Of a stretch of 64,000 nucleotides of DNA, positions 31,501 through 38,000 are shown one piece after another. This DNA is from a virus. The translations under genes and the position numbers were made by a program. Numbering within the stretch: the first letter of the stretch is position 1; each line of letters starts with the position of its first letter. The notes beneath the pieces were generated by a model. It ran no database searches. It was not told the DNA's origin and saw only the letters and a program-made list of their open reading frames with translations. Where the stretch lies: IMG/VR virus record IMGVR_UViG_3300008117_000010, positions 46,527 to 110,526 of that record; one strand, given 5' to 3'.

Positions 31501-34500
31501 AATAAAAGAGGTCAAATATACGGATCAATTTTACCTAAAGAGATTATTAATAAGTTATTAAATGAATCTCCAATATCTAGCTTTAATATCCAAAAAGATA
31601 TTGTAGCAATGATGGAAGCATTATTTCCAGTAAGAATGAGTGACGTAGTTGAGGATGCAATAAATGATACAGATGAAACTGTATGGAAAAACATTGGTGA
31701 AAATTTAAACTTTGATGATAGAACAAAAATTGTTGATGCAAAAAATGCATTCAGAAATGCTTTAATTCCCTATTTGTTTCAAGAATCATATTATAGTCTA
31801 AATGAAGAAGAGTATAGAGGATATAAAATAAAATATACTTCAGACTATGCAGATAGAGTTGTTGTTATTTCTCCTACTGAACCAGATGTAATATTAATTA
31901 ATCAGACTGCAGTAGATAACTTAATTACTAGTACAAATAATAATTCTAAGAAATTATATATGCCAGAGTTTATGCTTACTGCTTACGGTGTAGCATCACT
32001 TCCGGTAAATACATTTAAAAACATTAATGAAAATATTGGTTTAAGAAAATATTTAATTGAAAGAGAAATTCAAAGAACGTTAGATGAAAACAGTTTTGAA
32101 AAAATTTCAAAGTCATTATTATATAAGACATATAAAAATAAGCTTAAAATAGAAGATGTAAATAATCCATATCTGTCAGTAAATAATCAATTAACTTCTT
32201 TAACTAGTCAATTAAATATTTCTAAAGAAGAAGCCTATAATTTATTAGCATATGAATTAGTGTTAAGAGATAAAAGTCTTAATAATCTTAATTTCCCAGG
32301 CTGGCTTTTCTATGATACTAAGAATGAACAAACTTCATATGGTTCTCAATTAAATTATATTAAAAGAAAATATAACTTTTTAGAAAGAGAATTTTCTGTA
32401 TTAGATGCACTTGAAGTTAGAAGAAATAAAAATACTAATGAAGTTAATATAAAACTGAAAGACACACGTATTACTGGTAGTGAAAAGAATATATTCCAAA
32501 GCCAGATTAATATGTTAAGTGATCCTCAAAAACTGCTAGAAATAAAATCAAGTCTAAGTGAAGCAGATATAAATGAAATAACATCTTTCTTTAAAAGGTT
32601 TCATGTATTTGCTTATTTGCAAAGTGCTGCAAATTCAACTAGTAGCACATATAATTTATTACCAATTGCTAACCCAATGGTAATTGAAAATTTAATTGCA
32701 CAACCAATTCAAGACTTTGCTAGTTTTGAATATGATCAGTTTTCGGAAAATAATGAGGAAGTAACAAATTACATTATTGAGCGGGATAATAAAATAGAAA
32801 CAGTTGAAACTGCAATTAAAAATTATAATAATATATTATCGGCTCAATTTAAAACTAATCATGTCACATTAATAAAACAACGGTTTGAATGGAATGCTGA
32901 TACATTATCACTACAAGAACAACAAGCTGCTGAAGAAGATAATCTAAAGTTATTAAAAGCTCAAAATCCTTTAGGATTAGTTGAAGTACCAACTAAAGCT
33001 GAAAAAAATATTATTAAAAATAAAGGTAAAAAAACAGTATTTTCTTTAATTACTAATTCGCTTGGTCAAGCTTATTTATATGAATCAGAAGCTAAAGGTT
33101 TAGATGCTGTAGTAATAGAAAATCTAGATACCTTAAAAGATGATTATTTATTTATTGGTAATACTGGAACTGAAACTTTTACTGATGGAACTATTTCTAA
33201 AGTAGATGATGGAAAGTTATTACAGAGTCAAGCATTTCTTGGTGTTCCCTCTAGAAAAATCAAAGGAGATTTAACTGATGAAACTCTTGAGGAAAATAAA
33301 AAATTAATAGATGATGCTATTCAAAATATACTTAATCGTAGGTCTAATAAGCTTTTAGTATTTAATAAAAACGGATACGGTCAAAACTTAATTGGAAGAA
33401 ATCCAAATAATGCATCAGAACTTAAAGGTAAAGTTACAGCACCAAAAACTTTCCAATACTTATCTCAGAAATTAGCACAACATTTTGGTTTTGTAAATCC
33501 AAATTCAACTTTACAATCAACAGTTGATGAGTCCAAAGTAAAAACTATATCAACAGATTATGGGGTAGTTCAAGCTGAAACTAATCCTACTAAAGAATTT
33601 GATCAAAAATTAGCAGATGCTATTTATCAAGATGTTAAAGATAATTCTTATGTTGAAAATGGTAGTAACACTGCACAAAGAATGTGGGCTAATGGATTGA
33701 TGTGGAAAGGTAATAACACTAAAAAACCAACAGGTCAAGTTTTAAAGGTTCAACCAGCACAAGTAGATTATAATGCTAATGGTAAACTTACTCCTGTAAA
33801 AACCCCGTATTTTTATGATTCTGAGTACAATGATGGAACACCGGTAGCACCAATAACTAACTTAGATTTCTTAAAAAAACACATTGAAAATACTTTGGGT
33901 ATTGATATGTCAGACTATGATGTAAGCTTAAATAACATATATGAAGAAGGTCATGATTTATTTAGACATACTGACATTGATGAATCAAACACAGCTAAAA
34001 ATTATCCTGTAATTGTATACGTTTTTGGCAATAATCATAAAGTAAGATTTGATGATAACGGTGGTAAAAGAGCGATGGGTAAAATGGTAAATCCAAAAAC
34101 TCTTACATTAAAAAATGGAGATATATATGCTTTTGGTGTAAATGGTAAAGGTAGATTTGAAACTGTTCATGATGTAGTGGCTTCACCAAAAACAAATGAT
34201 AATTTTCCTGAATTAATAGGAAGTGATGGTAAACCAACTAAAAAATATACTGTTACTTTTACATTTAGAAGAGCTGCTGATTTAGAACCGGGTATGCCTA
34301 AAACACCCGCTAATTTTAATACTACAAATACTAATACAACAGTAACTGTAAATAAACCTAGTGAATATACTAATCATTCAGGTGGTGCTAAAGGTGCAGA
34401 TACTGCATGGGATGTAGAAGCTAAAAAATTAGGATACCTTACAAATGATGTTCATTGGCGTGAACCTGGTAAAACTGAAATTGATAGTCTAGAATTAAAA

Positions 34501-35052
34501 AAACTTGGACGAACAGCTACTCCAATGTCTCCTGAACTATATGCTAGAGGTAAACAAATAGCAGATATAATTGATGAATCATTTGGTGAAGATCCAAATA
34601 GAGCAGGTTCTCATTATAGATATCGTAATTATGCTCAAGTTGCAAATTCAGATGCCATATTTGCAATATCACAAGGTTTTGGTGTAAGACCTAAGGATCC
34701 TAAAAAACGATATGCACCATTAGATAGAGGTACTTTATATGCAATTTACGGTGCTATTTATGATGGTAAACCAGTATATGTATATGATCAGATGGCAAGT
34801 GTTTGGCGTACATTTAATAGAGAAACAAAAAAATGGCAAGAAACAGGTATTCCAAAACTTACTCAAAATTTTGCTGGTGTCGGTTCAAGAAATTTAGAAG
34901 AAAATGGTAGACAAGCAATAATAGATGTACTAAAAAATACATTTGGTCAAAACGCTCCATCCTCAATAACTCCATCAAAAATTTCAGTACCTTTAACATC
35001 ATTAGAAATATACAATGCAATAATTAACGATATTAAATCCTGTGGAATATAA
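22507..35052 (+). CDS. Virion-packaged two-barrel DNA-dependent RNA polymerase (crAss-like) with accessory domains
   Basis: 4181 aa. GPRIPVQG (29821) and catalytic GSDFDVDK (DFDVD at 29938-29952); EADAQGY; zincin HEAWH..EEFLAE; ASCH-like, AlkB-like and SLOG domains. Confidence 0.92.
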   Translation: MQLCNIDKSQRELLYRAIAAIINDAIQNKQPIDTKKIGNQIYDIVYKKSQDNAKALSYVLLVPKAIDQILSFNDNFKDYAVDNKFEFDELAKLVSSLNKSSEETILNDISTFLGKMSNKNSFEDAQKDLQNLQSEQAKNKNSKILVPSSYLAKPESLYTTTGQQGLREDINIPDPSMQFYYDIIKKLNTNYINEEGGVVYPNVKSGLFLSIISGVNIADNEMYTRDAGNRNEYNKNFFLALTDNLGKIMYFDTNYNVVERSAGKPIYFPLRTNLDSIVDKLNIGQSQLESLREAAKFINQDKVNNRVVNKITFKSDGYLSTSNSLPKVDIASIKNNNILTFVTVPGSNQLYVSSKGEYHFTVDVSFKDFTTVRANLIADLILNPVYKDGKLLSNNDKYNILSNWLFQREMKFGQKNKKFYVTLNGQSLNLEDKEDSKEKIVNFLTRKIKTDKTEYQNKFTWQSRLLENNETISLFSLSVEDGKYIYTDNPVSYQEYLKQITFAKIQTVDGEIFPMNGYIGYELGNRISKPKPVETKVEIKKQTPVTLDTNEYNRAVKEADSKKPIEQNFFDGYRPNSDKTKIHTIRPEITSIYGKGVKTLKLVQEGIRTRSTRLANWMKENNPKVGDYFWQINKKNPSEKVLTRITAVYDKTDPRFKNNWFKEGWVDSDFKYVEDYAGAIEFEVIKSVVAIGVQPQVTTEEKFDLIPTRPISEIEKEIESFESEIRYAAGQLEQLQTKMELVEDEETIESFILSQFTPVNPESARKETGTNIGTKQDINPALLNKRGPSVERLAEEIGSLARGVPYHFRAEDDYIRDQIIEILVKGKAKYKEELQGGNLQDIKYYEERINDISKKLDELNVELENAKLAPPVSTPQETVQIESIEESIVNESETKEEDIDLGEIDPNDLKNLLEKRILQKESEVKATNEKIKKALPWYNSIKTKSGKKLSSFLPIKEMFDAVNTSNPNAVAHWSMSGITLFNGSDYSDLYHEAWHAFTQQFLTTEERNNLYNAVRGKSGTFEDYNGNIVEFSLASKKQIEEFLAEEFREFMLRDGKGMYEKKSIFSKIFNKIRELLLWLFDRTTYYDVYNNSKATRNISRLFNELRIGELAEPVNEVDPDFAIKGLDRVIKVKDSSDTFTIEESKTISDTIDSLFSEYSDKVNNATKVKSASIQLQISPTFQLNAYKYAKNRLIQRKNELVQKVKTKLSEKKIDDLNTEELNLFRKDIKNINLLKKAIKAFIIPENLNNVKSAKEIDGIISSHQQLSEYLKDIVQLEEEYNILNNNVIADRAGNANSFEQLTDPKLLYTFGGVFERDEKGEIIKNSLGFNKTMAPKRVFNKLSNILETNDNEKRPNNITALYKKMESLQKTDPFIKDILNKLGSPYTTNTNVNSLWSALEVLILPVAHVMRAEIVKGDNNSISAVFVTNASLETESAIRSFANYTAVLDSSDPNNFLFENADGVNIIDLRSIFVPTEGRPKNYGNSKAAQENPLEFLRAIGIYLPNDPNVIKELMTEEAQEYINRLYNAALEIKNYNYSKGTKESDKIEVFSIKEILKDYSKDPKYKNVKKLPKGQSVAKKFFTKLYLKYSDQSNNLSITTVDDKTVFQRSLPNTLMMKAQIINSADSFNNLVSIPETEDLAKEINGKTKNPWSKASQLLNKVLFDEKGNKREGARIDIASLDGLKIRLDEVDLAAIKSSDSDPYSKQLLDIIFTLEYGVSEATRHAGKSSTFLFEITRSDGSKHYINLEKFTRNISKGENIFNSGIVDAVNIFVNYLASEYERIQLATNDPENKNIRTGNGKSMAEVGSEFLLFKDIIPKSILDNIKSIEGVETYEDFLQHLDNNVSLRDSIKKNIYNYLNNVVKQELNDFNKLNVKKEFNDILHKKMKSASQRALKGGKITKETELNYNQLRNSAITAYTINSLIHNIETGLLFYGDPAIFNNNKQDYQKRNSGAGSTGIVTRTDDAYLQFINSKGGLGKVKNEQRNFDGTLNTVVLNDPKTTAKLYNEYIKAAKNKESERLKKLKKSQKEIDIALKKIEEKFSEAYENMKEADAQGYISFSAYRALSWGMNKWTLAQELGYQKIMNGEKIDNADILYPVRKYQYWGSLQTKGLPATAFHKFSLLPLIPTLTENAPHLNALRMKMENEGIDYLTFETGSKAGTIAIDNKLDNLYKGDSSDRILDLPVEFTKNVVFAKFLKEQLSIAPQFKETVTFSTQLRKLVIEGLWEEGEPVGKNEEEKNNVKQKTAAYINAVNNLTELLFIELKDKAGINPETNKVENKVKLIDYLTNALENKDTPYHIIEQIASLKTRLQTGISFDYLIQASDIEKLITGLVYKKVINQKVYGEGLIQVSTAGWAVKKDDNLKFYRTENGVVKPMQVKIAMQGEFLNLLQHPDVLDIVSAEENITELQALNRLLKDEAWVNKNREMITLMGPRIPVQGLNSMEVMEIAEFLPRNYGNVIVVPSEIVGKAGSDFDVDKLSIVFPGIKVYNGVPQVVNFNKNLFKQTTRSQLIKEKVRLEKLVDVTYETRRGLYEMIKDDAIFTDEQRVALERLYAEHKEQMAEVNIRIKELEAQWEETGGAEVLLKGTIPDDYSLQNTLLNTYAERARIRKQFQNNRYLYKSTFIDEDFKNDLEAIENKIDDVTKQIDSISIAAAEYDVLKSTIDILLLPQNFVSLITPNTTIDAKGLSKEMRKRVDFGYSTEDNFLKENKGFSPTRIYEPKYNREKLDYNKVGKDSLGIGAVDNTFNVLLNYVGAYLNNDVAITKDYSRRIVIRGLKHNKYKDTENISLSKIYDANNEFKISDIISQFINGWVDVEKDEWIFFIQGNKELSSTLLFMIQAGIPLNDAVVFLNQPIIRDYYNRVRLALSPASEILEEGKKDKYVRNKVFDDLMYNNDIYRNIYDGEKEKTKKSFSKAGRFYAISTIAEKYKFNKESLESKLSNPIGTYSQDDYAILGHFFELRENANSLTNIKMALNFDTKRETSIDEVKEKLNKRGQIYGSILPKEIINKLLNESPISSFNIQKDIVAMMEALFPVRMSDVVEDAINDTDETVWKNIGENLNFDDRTKIVDAKNAFRNALIPYLFQESYYSLNEEEYRGYKIKYTSDYADRVVVISPTEPDVILINQTAVDNLITSTNNNSKKLYMPEFMLTAYGVASLPVNTFKNINENIGLRKYLIEREIQRTLDENSFEKISKSLLYKTYKNKLKIEDVNNPYLSVNNQLTSLTSQLNISKEEAYNLLAYELVLRDKSLNNLNFPGWLFYDTKNEQTSYGSQLNYIKRKYNFLEREFSVLDALEVRRNKNTNEVNIKLKDTRITGSEKNIFQSQINMLSDPQKLLEIKSSLSEADINEITSFFKRFHVFAYLQSAANSTSSTYNLLPIANPMVIENLIAQPIQDFASFEYDQFSENNEEVTNYIIERDNKIETVETAIKNYNNILSAQFKTNHVTLIKQRFEWNADTLSLQEQQAAEEDNLKLLKAQNPLGLVEVPTKAEKNIIKNKGKKTVFSLITNSLGQAYLYESEAKGLDAVVIENLDTLKDDYLFIGNTGTETFTDGTISKVDDGKLLQSQAFLGVPSRKIKGDLTDETLEENKKLIDDAIQNILNRRSNKLLVFNKNGYGQNLIGRNPNNASELKGKVTAPKTFQYLSQKLAQHFGFVNPNSTLQSTVDESKVKTISTDYGVVQAETNPTKEFDQKLADAIYQDVKDNSYVENGSNTAQRMWANGLMWKGNNTKKPTGQVLKVQPAQVDYNANGKLTPVKTPYFYDSEYNDGTPVAPITNLDFLKKHIENTLGIDMSDYDVSLNNIYEEGHDLFRHTDIDESNTAKNYPVIVYVFGNNHKVRFDDNGGKRAMGKMVNPKTLTLKNGDIYAFGVNGKGRFETVHDVVASPKTNDNFPELIGSDGKPTKKYTVTFTFRRAADLEPGMPKTPANFNTTNTNTTVTVNKPSEYTNHSGGAKGADTAWDVEAKKLGYLTNDVHWREPGKTEIDSLELKKLGRTATPMSPELYARGKQIADIIDESFGEDPNRAGSHYRYRNYAQVANSDAIFAISQGFGVRPKDPKKRYAPLDRGTLYAIYGAIYDGKPVYVYDQMASVWRTFNRETKKWQETGIPKLTQNFAGVGSRNLEENGRQAIIDVLKNTFGQNAPSSITPSKISVPLTSLEIYNAIINDIKSCGI

Positions 35053-38000
35053 TGGCAACATGTGTAATAAATACTCCTGAATTTGAAGCAATAGAAAAAG
35101 TAACTAATAGTGCTACCGCATGGAAAGAATTTGCTAGATCAAAAATTACTGGAGAAGCAATGCGCTCTCCAGAAACAGTGCTAGAAGAATCATGGTATAG
35201 AGGACAATTTCTAAATAAAAAACCAGGTGAACCATGGATAGATAGAATGGATGGTTTTCAACAACAAATGAATTCATGGCCTGAGTATAATCTTTTAGCT
35301 AATCCAATTAAATATGATTTTAAAGGTCATAATGATGCAGTTAGTCTTTCTGCTATAAGACAATTAGCAGATAGGCTAAAAGAAAAAACTGGAATTAATT
35401 ATGAAATTATTTCACAAGAACAAGCAATTGAGTTAACAAAGCATTTAGATATTAAACAACAATATGTTACTGGTAAGCCAGCATTTTATTTAGGAGGTGT
35501 AGCTTATTTAGTTAGTGATTTTGTTTCTGCAACTAATGTGCTACACGAATTTGCACACCCTATTATTAAAGCAATTGCTGTAGATAATCCAAAACTATTC
35601 AATAATCTTTATACACAGATACAAAATCAATATCCTGATATAATAGAATACCTTAAGAGTGAATATGATTATCTAGATATTAATTCAAGTGAATTTAAAG
35701 AAGAAGCAATTGTTACTGCACTTGATTTATTTCATAGCATAAAACAAGAAAATCCTAAAGCAAAAGGTCCATTTATAGATTTATTAAATGATATACTTTA
35801 TGCTATAAGAAAATTTTTAAGAAAGATTACTAATAATAAAGTAAAGGTTGAAAATATAAATGAGTTCTCAACTTTAGAAGACCTAGCTAATCTAATGACT
35901 GATGATACTACATTTGAGTTAGATGATCAAATAATTACTAATAGTGACTTTGCAGCATATGCTTCGACATATAATGATTATTTAAATGAATTGAGAAAAG
36001 CTGCTAGTCCTGCGGATATACAGGGGGCATTACTTAATACATATGATATTGTAATTGAGCAATTAAAAGCATTAGAAAATAATCCTAATTATCGTTTTGC
36101 AGCTGAAATATTAAAAGATAAATATGGTGAATTAGAAGTTCAAAATATTGTTAAAAATATTAATCGTGTTAAAGATGATGCAAAAGCTTTAAAAGATCAG
36201 GCTAAAATGGATAGAGCTCGTGCTAGTGAGTTTCTTAAATCTATTTTACTATTAGAAGAAATGATTAAAAAAACTAATGCTAGTTTAAGAACACTCGAAA
36301 AAGAAGCAAAAGAAAACGAAAATAATAATAGAGATAACCGAGATGTTCTTCAGAATGTTTATTATCTCAATAATCTTTTAAACGGTTGGAATGAATTAAT
36401 AAACGAATATATAAATACACTTGAAGAGAATAATGTAGATATAGAAAATGATTTCTATAAAATGCTTAGTGCAATAAAAAGAAAAATAGAAAACACACAA
36501 TCAATTGCAAATAACATATACACATATAAAATTACCGATGTTTTAAGTGCTGAAATTCAACCATTGATGGAAGCTATTGACATGCGTTATGAAGCTCTAT
36601 TAAAATTTTATAAAGATCGTAATGCGCCACAATGGAAAATAGCAGATGTAGAAAAAGAATATGCAGAAATAAAACTTAATCCTGGAAAAATCCAGGAAAT
36701 GCTAAAAGGAGATTTAGGAGATGCACATTTCTTGAATTCATTTTTAGAAGGTTATATGAATAACCAAGATCCGGTTGTATTTGCATTTGCTTCTTATGTT
36801 AAAAATGGATTGAATGATCTTAATTCTAATTCATTAGAAAAAATGAATAAGTTTCTAGTTGAGCTAGAACCATTATTACAAGCAGCTGGATTTAATCGTA
36901 ACAGATTATCTGATTTAGGTGAGCGTTTAACTCAAATAGATTCAACACCATATAGAGAAAGAAAAGAATTAAAATTTAAAAAGGTATATAAGTTCATTAA
37001 TCCTTGGAAAGGTCAAGATGAAGCAATTGCAAAAATGAACGAGGCAATTAATAATGCTCGTAACGTAGCAAGAGAGTCAGGTGATTACACAGAAGTTCAA
37101 AGATTAATGCAAGAGAAAGAAGACTTTCAGCGTAAGTATTTTTATACAGAGTACACTCAAAAATATTACGATAGATATAACATCTTAAATAAAGACGAGT
37201 TAGGTAGAGAAGCAAAAGATTTATTAACTACAATTGATTTTAAAATAAAAGAATTACAAAACTCTATTCTTTCACCAACTCAAGATATTGTTGGACTAGA
37301 TGAACTTGATGCATTACAGCGTGAGAGAAAATATCTTTTTTCTCTTACTGATGAGAATGGTAAACTAAAGTCAGGTAGAGATCTTGAAATTGCAAAGCGT
37401 TTACAAGAGTATAATGCTTCTGCAAAAGATATGTTTACTAAAATAACTTTTCCAGGATTATTTGAACAAGCATATCGTGAAGCAGAAAACTATTTTATCG
37501 ATCAAGGATATGAAAGAGGTACGCCTGCCTATGAGCAGTTAATGAACGAATGGTTAAAAAAGAATTCTAAAATAGAATTAAGTTCTGATTTCTATGTAAT
37601 GCGTGCTAATTTATACGCTGAGATTCAAGAACTTGAAGAACAATATAGAGACCTCGTATCTCAACTTGGATACGATCAAGGAATAGCGAGAACAGAAGAA
37701 GAAATGCTAGATCTATATAAAGAATTAAATGATATTCTATATAGACATAGAGATGAAAGTGGTCAACCACAGGGATCACTAATGAATAAAGAAACACTTG
37801 AAAGAGTTTTCTTTTTAGAAAGTGAAATTGAACGTATAAAAACTGAAGCTCCAAGTTTTAATAATCTTACACGAGATGAAAATTCTTGGTTAAGAGATTA
37901 CTTTGATCGTATTAAAGCTGGTGAAGAAATATCAGATGAAGATAAAGCTAGAGCAAGAGAGTTAAATAAAAAGAAAGTATCATTAAAAGGTAAAAAGTAT

